A DNA stretch of 37,914 nt from contig PS015452.1 in assembly GCA_048213135.1 (NCBI GenBank), positions 71,108-109,021 of the forward strand, written 5' to 3'. Shown in pieces: positions 12,089 through 22,203 of the stretch. The notes beneath the pieces were generated by a model, which searched no databases, was not told the origin of the DNA, and was given only the letters and a program-made list of their open reading frames with translations. Made by a program: the position numbers and the translations under genes. This DNA is from Reclinomonas americana ATCC 50394 (taxonomy: Eukaryota). Numbering within the stretch: the first letter of the stretch is position 1; each line of letters starts with the position of its first letter.

Positions 12089-14139
12089 TCACGCCTTTTC
12101 TCCTGGTGTGCGCGAGCGAGAGCCCTTCGGGCGATTGCGGGAGCGACTGTTTGATCGTCGGTCCGCCTGCAAAACAGCAAAAACCAAATGAGCCGACACG
12201 CGGACTTACACGCACACACCGGCACAACAAGCGGAAAGAGGACGCAACAGCCGATGCGCGTGCTCTGTCCTGCAGTTCCTGTCGAGTGAGCGGGTGTACC
12301 GTCTCGTCTCCGCTGTCGTCACCCTCCAAGTCGTCGCTGTGGTCACAAAGAAAAAGACAAGCGGTGAGACACATGGAGCGCGGTGTTGCGTGTCAGGTGC
12401 CACTTTGCGTGTTACACGTACCCAGCCGCTGGTGGCTTGATGTCGAGCACCGTGGCACCAAATGGTGTCGATGGTCCCATGCCGAACACGGCGGCACCGA
12501 TAATCGACTGTGATGTGCTGCCAAACTCGGCACTCAGCTCCGGGCCCTGAATGGCCGCGTACAGCTGCAGCAACTCGTTGGCGCGCTGCTCAATAATACC
12601 TACACGCACAAGGGGTTAGTGTTTCGCTGCACACAGTCCTCATCACTTTCTCTTCCAGCTCTCCACTCACCGAGGTATTGCATCATGTTCGAGTCCGTGA
12701 CACCCGAGTCGCCAAGCACCTCTGCCACCGGGCCGAGCTCGCAGCCAATCTCGCGGAAGACGTGCTCGATACCGCCACGCAGACGATCAAGCACCTGCAC
12801 CTGCTCGTCGTGCTTCGACTCGTACTCGGTCGACTTCTCCTCGGCCGCGTTGAGCTTGCCCTCCAGCTCGGCAATGATGCGCTCCTGTTGTGTGTTGGAC
12901 TCGGCGCCCTGGCCCTGAATCTGTGAAATCTCGCCGCGCATCTCGCCAATCTGTGCGGTGGACGGGGATGAGCATCCCAACCACAGCAATCAACAACAAA
13001 ACGTGGGGAGCGAGAGTGACAGTACCTGCTCCTCCAGCTTCTCGATCTCGTTGTTGAGGTCGTTGACGTAGTTGAAGAGCGAGAAGTTTTGCTCCTCGGC
13101 CTGAATAAACTTCTCCACAATGAGGTGCAAGTCGTCGAGATCGGTGGCGTCCTTGATCTTGCGGATGGCCTCCTCGTACTCGTCGACCTTTTCGCGCGTG
13201 ACCTCGTGTGATGCCATTTCCACGGCCTCGTTCCATTGCGCTGAAATGCAACAATGAAGGAAATGTGAGGGAAAGCGGGGGACGGGTGGTGCCGGGGGTG
13301 AGATGCACACCTCGTTGTCCGTGTGCGCCATCCTCCTCTGCCTTGCCGTCGCCAGCCGCCGCGGCGCTCTCCAGCATGCGCAAGTGGGCCTTGCGTTTCC
13401 GATCCTTCTCCATCTCCGTGTCCAGTTCCTAACCATACACACACAGAGTGTGAGCGGGCGCTGCTGCGTTCTGCAAGGCAAGCCAAGCACACTACAGACG
13501 CACCTGGAAGAGTCGATCGAGTTCCTGATTCTCGCGTTCGTATGCCTGCTTCAAGGCCACCAACTCGTTCTGGCACTGATCCCTCTCCTCGTAAGCCACG
13601 TTGCTGCGCTCGATAATCTCCGCCATCTCCTTCTTCTTCTCGTGCAAGTCGCGCTCCAGCTTCTTGTAGATTTCGTCAAACACTTGTCGTTCCGTGCGCA
13701 GGTTATCAATCTCCTCACGCAGTTCGCGATTGCATGCTAGTGCCTCGTTGAACTTGATCAAGCCCTGCATTCACCCCACAATGAGAACCACGACAACAAA
13801 TCGGAGATGGAGAGAGTAAAGTACCTTGTCCAATCGGTTCTCCAGCAACTTGATCTGTCGTTGCACGGCCTCATCGCTCTCCGACGCCTGGTGCACACCG
13901 CCACGCTTGCCCTTCATCTCCTTGATGCGCGCCGCCATGATCTGTGAAGCACAAGAGAGAGAAAGGTGAAGGGTTAGGCGCGCGACTGCATCGCTCACCG
14001 GCTGACCATTCACAAACCTTGATCTGTCGATCCAGATCCTCCAGACGCCGCCGATCCTCGCCGTACTTGCGCGACAACACCTGGAACTGTTGCGATAGCT
14101 GACTGCCGCGCTTGGTGATCTCCACAGTCTCGCGCATGG

Positions 14140-14185
<46 letters not shown>

Positions 14186-14685
14186 ACACGAGCGAAGTGA
14201 GCGATTGACAAGCGTTGGAGGAGTGCGAGAGAGACTGTGATTGACATGCTTGCAGCTGACGGTCAAGCGTTGCAAGAGCGAGGAAGAGAGAGACAGTTGC
14301 AGAGTGGCATGAAAACGCCGACAACAAACCTTGTTCCGCGTCAACGTGGCCAGCTCCTCCCGCAACCCATCGTTCTCCTTCTTCAGCTTCTCAATCGTCA
14401 CACTACACAAGGCACGTGAGCAGGAAGTCACACACAGAGAAAGAGAAACAAGGGTGTTGTTGCTCACCGTTGCTTACGAATCGTGTTCTGTGAGTCCTCA
14501 GAGAGCGACTTGCGGTTGGTCGCCGCCATGCGCGCCTTGCGAGAGATCTCATTGAGACGAGCCTCCTCTGCAAAAAACAAAGAGAGAAGTGAGTGAGACT
14601 CTTGACTGTGTGTGAGAGACAGAGAGAGAGAGCGTGTGTGCAGACCTTCACCACCACCGCTGCCACCAGTGTTCGCCTTGGACAT
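12089..14685 (-). CDS. ODA1: Outer dynein arm docking complex subunit (Chlamydomonas ODA1/DC2; CCDC114/CCDC63 family), 12 coding exons
   Basis: Family motifs IKLLENRLDK, FNEALACNRELREEIDNLRTER, FIQAEEQNFSLFNYVNDLNNEIEKLEEQ and GVTDSNMMQYLGIIEQRANELL, all joined by phase-consistent GT-AG introns. Confidence 0.92.
14143..14182. repeat. (GA)n/(CT)n microsatellite forming the polypyrimidine tract of an ODA1 intron
   Basis: About 20 GA units abut the minus-strand CAG acceptor. Similar CT/GT microsatellites fill many introns (e.g. 26936-26958). Confidence 0.9.
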
Positions 14686-14893
14686 CTGTGCGTGCGTGAA
14701 CGAGAGAGATGAGCACGTGTTGTGTCTCTCTGTGGGAGTGACAGTGAGAGAGCGCAACGATCAAGTCACGCCTGTTCTTCAGCAAAACGCACGCGCCCGA
14801 TCAGCGGAACGGACCGCGGAAAAACAGAAAATTCGCATTTGTTGTGCATCACGTTTTGCACGCACGCACGCGCCTGCCTGCTTTCTGTGAGAC
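14686..14893. promoter_or_regulatory. Putative bidirectional promoter/5' UTR region of ODA1 and the divergent gene, including a likely ODA1 5' UTR intron (14686-14758)
   Basis: 208 bp lie between divergent ATGs. A minus-strand GTTGCG...CAG ends immediately before the ODA1 ATG. TTTTCCGCG occurs on the minus strand at 14815-14823. Confidence 0.5.
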
Positions 14894-17447
14894 ATGAGTG
14901 AGAGCGGCAACGACGAGGCACTGGCAGCACCGCGCGGGTTGCGTGGCGGAGGGGCGCCGCGTTTTGCCAATGGCACCGCGGCCATCACTGTGACCTCTGA
15001 CCAGCAGCCACACGAGAGCGCATCTGCTGCTGCGTCGCATGCACCGCCGCCACCAGTCGATGTCAATGGTGCGGACTATGCTGTTTTGTGTGTGTGTGCG
15101 TCAAAGTGTGAAATGGCTGACGACGCGTGCTCTCTCTCTATTGCTTTGTGTTATTCAGCGTCGTTTGAGTCGGCTGGTGCACATGATACCTCTGCGGATC
15201 GACAGTCGGCCTCGCGTAAGCCTCCGCCTTCGTCCACTCCGTTGCGTGCACAATGATAACACACGCACATGCATTGAAACGATTTTGCACTCACTCTCTT
15301 CTTCGTGCAGACGAGTTGCGATGTGCTGCATCACCTCACGTCTCCTTGTAGTCACACTGACATGTGGCGCTTTTCTTTCGTTGCACAACAACACAGGATG
15401 CGCGCAACAAGACTCCACGATCGACGACCACTCCGCGCAGTGTCGGCGTGTCGAATGCATCGCCGCGCAGTGCAATCAGCCCGCGTCCAAAGGGCTTGCC
15501 GGTGAGCAGTAGAGAGAGAAACAGAGAGAGAGAGAGAGGAAGAGAGAGAGGCACACACATTCACACTCACAGACACACACTCACTCTCTCTATCACATTC
15601 TGTTGCTCCCCTCTCGCTCACCCCTGCATGTGCACCTCTGCACACGTACGCCTTCACTGGTAGCCGTCCATTGTGTGGCGATTCCCTAACGACGGATTGT
15701 TGTTTTTTGGTGGTAAAATCGCAGGAGAATGTGTTGCCAGTGGAGAGCTCGTTCTCGATGAAGCCGCGACCTGGGCGCTCTCCGGGCACGTTTGGAACGA
15801 CGCCGACCAAGCGCGATCCGTCACCACGTCCTGGTTTGTTGTGATTTCTCGTTTCGCGCAAAGCTTTGGTGCTGACGACGACGACTACGACTCTGGGTCG
15901 CTAGTTCCGCTGGCTGCTCCGTCGCCGACGGCTGGTGCTGCTCCGTTGCCTCCATTGTTGTCGCCGGCGTTGGAGAAGCACATTGCGTCGACTGTGGGCA
16001 CCTTCTCACAGAGCCCAACGCGGCGTGATCCGCTGCCTCGTCCTCCGCGCGGTGCGTGAATCAGTGTTTCATCATCTCCCGAGTGGCTGCATGTTGCTGA
16101 GAAACGCGATTGCAAACAGACCCGAATGAGTTCAAGTTCAAGGCGCTGCCGCCTCGCCACATGCACGGCTCAGACGGCGGCCACTCGCCGTCGCAGTACC
16201 AGTTCCACCGTGCAGATTTGGCCTCACCGCGATCGCGTCGCGACCCGAAGCGAACATTCGGCGAGACGGCCTCGTATGGCACCGGAACGTTTGGTTGCAG
16301 CTCGCGTGACATTCGGACGTCGGTACCGACAGATGGTGAGCTACCATTTGCGCGGAGGAGGGAAGCGAATCTGCCTTGCCCTTGCTGTCTCACCCATCAC
16401 ACATCGAATGCACAGGTGCCCCAGTCCACGCCTACACGGGTGCCGCAGAGAAGAAGCCTGTGAAGACGGCGGTGTTTGGCAAGGCTGTTGCGTATGTCAC
16501 ATGTCCTTGTGCGCCCTTGCATCGGTGTTGACGTTGTGTGTGTGTTTGCAGCCACGAGCCACTCACCACGAGCTGATGGTCAAGGCGAGCGCTGCGGTTC
16601 CTGGTGCGTGTGTGTATGCGTGCCTGCTGGCTTTGTGTGCTGCTGCTCACTCCTCCCCTCGCGCACACAGATGCGGCGCAGTACAATGTGCCCACGTCAA
16701 CGTTTGTGGTCAAGTCGCACAACGTCAAGGTGCTGGAGATGGCGGCCAAGTCGCGCGAGAAGCGGCCTGACTCGGCGCGTGAGGACGGCAAGCCGTTCAC
16801 ACCACGCGTCAACCCATCACCTCGTCGCAGCACCGGCGAGCCGTCTGTGTTTGATCGTCTGTACGCCCAGAAACCCAATCGTGGTCACCCGCCGGAGCAG
16901 CCGAACCAAAAGTTGCATCTATTTTATCGTCTCTCGCACATGATGTGCCCACTCACTCGCATGTGTTTGTGTGCCGCTGCGCAGTGCTGGTCCGTCAAAG
17001 CCACCGCGACCACTGAGTGCCCGTCCGTCAGCGCAGTCCGCCGGCAGCGGTGCCGGCAGTGCTGCACCAGTACGACCCCTCTCTGCACGTGGTTCTCGTG
17101 ATGGTCGGTGGTGTGCATGTCCTATTCCTTCTCTCTCCCTCTCTCTTCCACTCATTTGCCTCTCACTCTTTTCAGCCTCGCCACGCATGTCGCGCGACGG
17201 CGGCTCTCCACTGCACACGCACGTGACGGACTACGTGCCACGCGCGCAGAGGGCGTCGTTTGACGGCAAGATCCCCGGCTTCCACCGTGCGTCGCTCTCG
17301 AATGACTTGCCGCAGCCGCCAGCGGGGGAGGAGCACGAGGAGCAGCAGAACAGCTGGTCCAACCAACAGCATTATCATGGCGCTGGCGATGAAGACGTCG
17401 ATGCGGGGGCTGGGCACCCTGCGACAGCCAGTCCCGAGTACTACTGA
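14894..17447 (+). CDS. Disordered Pro/Ser/Arg-rich protein, possibly microtubule- or cilium-associated
   Basis: Phase-consistent chain from MSESGNDEALAAP to ASPEYY*. Repeated GTF(G/S), VPDAAQYNVP and FTPRVN...SVFDRLY segments recall motifs of ciliary/cytoskeletal proteins; function is inferred. Confidence 0.65.
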
Positions 17448-17505
17448 TTGTCGAGTCGGTGGTGTGCGAGGAGAAGTTAGTGTTGCGAGTGCGAAGAACT
17501 GTAAG

Positions 17506-18381
17506 NNNNNNNNNNNNNNNNNNNNNNNNNNNNNNNNNNNNNNNNNNNNNNNNNNNNNNNNNNNNNNNNNNNNNNNNNNNNNNNNNNNNNNNNNNNNNNN
17601 NNNNNNNNNNNNNNNNNNNNNNNNNNNNNNNNNNNNNNNNNNNNNNNNNNNNNNNNNNNNNNNNNNNNNNNNNNNNNNNNNNNNNNNNNNNNNNNNNNNN
17701 NNNNNNNNNNNNNNNNNNNNNNNNNNNNNNNNNNNNNNNNNNNNNNNNNNNNNNNNNNNNNNNNNNNNNNNNNNNNNNNNNNNNNNNNNNNNNNNNNNNN
17801 NNNNNNNNNNNNNNNNNNNNNNNNNNNNNNNNNNNNNNNNNNNNNNNNNNNNNNNNNNNNNNNNNNNNNNNNNNNNNNNNNNNNNNNNNNNNNNNNNNNN
17901 NNNNNNNNNNNNNNNNNNNNNNNNNNNNNNNNNNNNNNNNNNNNNNNNNNNNNNNNNNNNNNNNNNNNNNNNNNNNNNNNNNNNNNNNNNNNNNNNNNNN
18001 NNNNNNNNNNNNNNNNNNNNNNNNNNNNNNNNNNNNNNNNNNNNNNNNNNNNNNNNNNNNNNNNNNNNNNNNNNNNNNNNNNNNNNNNNNNNNNNNNNNN
18101 NNNNNNNNNNNNNNNNNNNNNNNNNNNNNNNNNNNNNNNNNNNNNNNNNNNNNNNNNNNNNNNNNNNNNNNNNNNNNNNNNNNNNNNNNNNNNNNNNNNN
18201 NNNNNNNNNNNNNNNNNNNNNNNNNNNNNNNNNNNNNNNNNNNNNNNNNNNNNNNNNNNNNNNNNNNNNNNNNNNNNNNNNNNNNNNNNNNNNNNNNNNN
18301 NNNNNNNNNNNNNNNNNNNNNNNNNNNNNNNNNNNNNNNNNNNNNNNNNNNNNNNNNNNNNNNNNNNNNNNNNNNNNNNNN
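17506..18381. other. Assembly gap (876 N)
   Basis: Run of N. Confidence 1.
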
Positions 18382-18553
18382 CGAGTGTTTCATTGCCGAG
18401 CAGATGGTGATGAGAGGAGAGACTTAAAGAGTGAATGAGTAAACCGTTGTCTTGTTGCAAGACGCCAGCCGGCGCCGGCATCAATTTTCCGCGAACAGCC
18501 TTGTTGTCCGCCGCCCGAAATTGACCCTTGGTAGTTGCTGGCGGAGCACTGAC

Positions 18554-21462
18554 ATGTCAGCCATGATTCGTGCCCTCAGCTTCTTGCTGCGCCTTCTCAA
18601 AGCGCCAGTTGCGCACATGACCCTGCTTCCTCTCTCTCCTGCCACTCTCTCCATTGACGTGTGTGCGCGCAGGTTTTGGGTGGTCGTGCCGCGTGTCGCG
18701 CCTTTGTCTGTACGAGCAAGTTGCAACCGTCAGAGGATGAGGCAAAGCGTCCTCTGCGCACTGCATGGTTCTACACCAAGCGCACTCTGCGTGCTGTTGT
18801 TGCGTGCACACACACACGCACATCGTGATCATGGCTGTGTTCGGTTTCTCAATCCTGCGACAGCTGGCGGCTGCGGTTGCCGCCCTCGGCATGTTCCTGG
18901 TGGTGGTGATTGACAGCGATCAGCCACCAAAGCACGATGATGTCATGGCCCCGACCCTCGCCATTGCCGGCCAAGGCACAGCAGGCGCCGCTCCCGCCGC
19001 AGCAGATCGAGATCCCGACGCCGCACTGACCACAGATCTGCGAGGCAAGCTGACCAGCAACTTTTCCGAGTTCTTCGACGAGATCACCCTCGCCATGGTC
19101 GAGATGAAGTCGTACCGCGGCATTCTGGCCGACTTGTCGTACGCGCTGCACAGGAAGGACGGCGATCGGCCGATTGCCGATCCCGAGGTGCGCAAACGAG
19201 TGTTTGTGGAAACTCTGAACCGCACCGCGTCGGAGTGCGCACTGCGACGAGTGCGGGAGCACCTGCTGAGCTTGGAGGTGGTGGCCGTCGAGGAGACGTA
19301 TGCGGTTTTGGTGGACCACACGCTGCGCGAGGTCAACCTGTCGGTGGCCGGCACTCGCATGGTCAGCGAGCTCGCCGACTTTAAGGATGCCGCCAAGAGG
19401 CACACCGCACTTGCCGATGTGTGGACGGATGTCGAGTTTGCGGTGGCACGCGAGGGCGCCGAGCCCGAGCGTTTCATCCTCGCTCAACGGGCACATGAGG
19501 AGGTCCTCAAGCTGGCCGATGTTGCGAAGGGCGAGCAAAAGTACCGTGTCAGTCTCCATGGCCACAGCCTCGGGTCCACCATTGTTGCGTCGTCTGGGAC
19601 AGTGTATTCGCGGAAGCTACATGCATCCCACTGACCATCGCGATGCAGGTCATGTGGCTGCGCACATTCGATGCCGCCGAGGACGACCGCGTCAACGTGT
19701 ACACATTTGCCACCATTCCGCCGCCCACCGCCTGGAGCCGTGGCGAGAAGTGGCGCGAACAGAGTACAAGTGATGAAGAGGTATGTTGCTGTCTGCATGA
19801 GGCACATTCATTCTTAGACGCCCGCAGTTGCTCCAACATACGCGTGCAGAAAAATCATGAACCGCTGATGAGTGCCACCGTCTGGCAACTCGGCGGCTTC
19901 CAGCATTCGTTCTCCAACCAAGCCGATCCTGTGGCTGGCTGGGCCGGTCGCATCTGCCGCCTCATTCACGCAGGGGACGTGGTGCACTTCCACCACACGG
20001 TGGAGCACGTGGTTCTGACGGGCATGCACAACAGCTCGGATCATTACAATCTGGCACTGCGTGGTAAGTATTCATCATCCACTTCACCTCAGCCACAGTG
20101 AATCCGACTCACCACGCGTCCACGCAGCGCTTGGACCTGCCGACTGCGAGGCCATTCTCGACATTGTGCGTCCGCTGACCGAGCTGCTTCAGTTCCCACC
20201 AATGACGAGGAACAAAGAAGGAGAGTTGGTGCCCATTCCCACTCACAAGGCAATTGCCGTCACGCAAGAGCGGATGAATGCCGCGCTGCAGCGAGTGAAC
20301 TCGCAGCAGTTCGACACACAGCAAACGGGGCACATGCAGACGGCAGTGAACGACTTGCTCGCCGGCATGTGGCAAAGTTGCGATTCAGGGACAACTCGGA
20401 TGCATCTCTTCCTGCAACTGACTGACTCACCTTTTTGCTCGCAGACGTCTCCGTCATCATCAACAACAACCCGTCGACCAACGCACATCAGCTGGAGGCC
20501 TTGCAACTGCTTCCCCTGCTGCCGGTCAAAATCAGCGACCTGCTGCTCACTGATCATGACGTGGCCGCGGAGGATGAAGATACTCGTGCGATAACCGAGG
20601 CCGAGTGGTTCACCACACTCAAGACGCGGCTGCGCAGCGACCTGGGCATTGGTACGTATACGTAGCGCTCACTGGAGACACAAGAGACGCATAATCTCAG
20701 TTGTCGATGTGTGCTGCGCAGCGTCCGAGGAGAACCGCTGGCTGTTGGGCGTGTATGTCGGCGCACGCGTGTTCAGTCGACTGGCGTTCGCCCACGTGCG
20801 TCATGCTCTCTTCTGTCATTCCACGCAATGCTGAACGAATGTCCTCATCTGTTATTGTGCAGGCCACCGACACAGCCCGTCAGGACGCGAGAGACGTGCT
20901 CAACGCGGCCATTCAGTGGGCTGAGGACGTAAATGCGAGACAGCCTGCAGACCTCATCTTCCACCTGCGCCTGCACGCGGCGCAAGTGTGCCTCGCCCAG
21001 GATGACGGGGCCACCGCCGCAATTGATTACCTGTCACCGATCGCCCCCCACATCGATGTTGCGCCGCGGACGCTGCGGCCAGTCGACGGCCACGTGTGCC
21101 AGCTGTTGGCCACAGCACACCACAGGTTGAGCGATTCCGATGCGGCCGAGGCACGCCAGCGGCAGGCCAAGCGCGTCTTCAAGGAGGTCTGCGGAAAAAA
21201 CCACCCCGACACCATCGCCACTCGCTACGAGCTGGCTGCGGTGTTGCATCAAAAGGCCGCGGCGACCAGTGGCGAGGAGAGCACGAGGACCAACGCCCTT
21301 GCCGAGAAGAAGTATCGCCGCGTGCTGCAGCAATGCGTGCGACACTTCGGCGACGATCACCCTCGCACTCGCGCCGCCATGCAGCAAGCGCAGGAATACC
21401 GCTGGACCGCTACTACTACTGCTGCTGCTGCTGCTGCGGCTGCTCCAGCAGCTGGGTGGTAA
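18554..21462 (+). CDS. Class-3 lipase (alpha/beta hydrolase) with N-terminal basic presequence, one TM anchor and C-terminal kinesin-light-chain-type TPRs
   Basis: Lipase motifs LSVAGT, VSLHGHSLG, VYTFA and NQADPV, with downstream His candidates. TPR signatures GKNHPDTIATRYELA and FGDDHPRT. First introns 18608-18672 and 18799-18863 restore an ORF from ATG 18554. Confidence 0.8.
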
Positions 21463-21550
21463 CAGAGGGGAACACCGTTTTGCACTTACTTTTTGGAGGG
21501 TCTTTGTTGTTGTTTTCGCTCTCTTTTTATGAAGCCTTCTCCCGAGCCTC

Positions 21551-22134
21551 TCACTTGCCATTGGCGCCTGTCACCTCCTCCGCATATCGATCCATGGCTT
21601 GTGCCAAAGTAATATCCTTGTCTGAGACCCCGTCTACGTCGTGCGTACGCAGTGTCACGTCCACCCGGTTGTAGCAGTTGAACCACTCTGCGCGAAGCAC
21701 GGGTGAGGAGAGAAGAGAAGCAGAGACTAAACCCGAGATGACACGCAACCCGGATGATGATCCATCTCCTCGGCCTTGTCAGCAACCTGCGCAACAAGAC
21801 TGTCGGCATCTATGCTCTCACTCACTCTCTCTCCCTCCGTCTCTCTCTCTCTCTCTCAGTGTCTGTGCGCGCGCAACTCTGCTCATGAAGCGCCACGCCT
21901 GCTTAAAGTCCACAAAGCGATAGGTGCGACGAATGGCATCGACGCCCTCTGCTTGTGCATCCACCCAGCCCGGCACCTGCAGGTCAGTCACACACGCGAG
22001 TGTGTGAGTGAGTGAGAGTGTGTGAGGGAATCTCTGTCCCTACACACACACACACAGACCGCTGTCATGGCTCGGAGTCTTGCATCACCGCCCAGACGCG
22101 CTGCGTAGACCGCCATGGTTGCTCGATAGGCCAT
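21551..22134 (-). CDS. PCBD1: Pterin-4-alpha-carbinolamine dehydratase; exons 22134 (or 22116)-22060, 21976-21878, 21786-21750, 21687-21551
   Basis: The spliced product contains [61 protein letters not shown], the PCD signature with the catalytic HHP and THD motifs. Confidence 0.95.
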
Positions 22135-22203
22135 TCAACTGTGAATGCACACACACACAAGGACGATCGGAGAGCGGGACGACATGCATGACAACTAATG
22201 TAT

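Noticed and set aside
17152-18484. Long ORFs spanning the gap
   Set aside because: Artefacts of translating N.
20365-20444. GC donor (GCATGT) in the lipase gene
   Set aside because: A same-phase GTTGCG donor exists at 20377.
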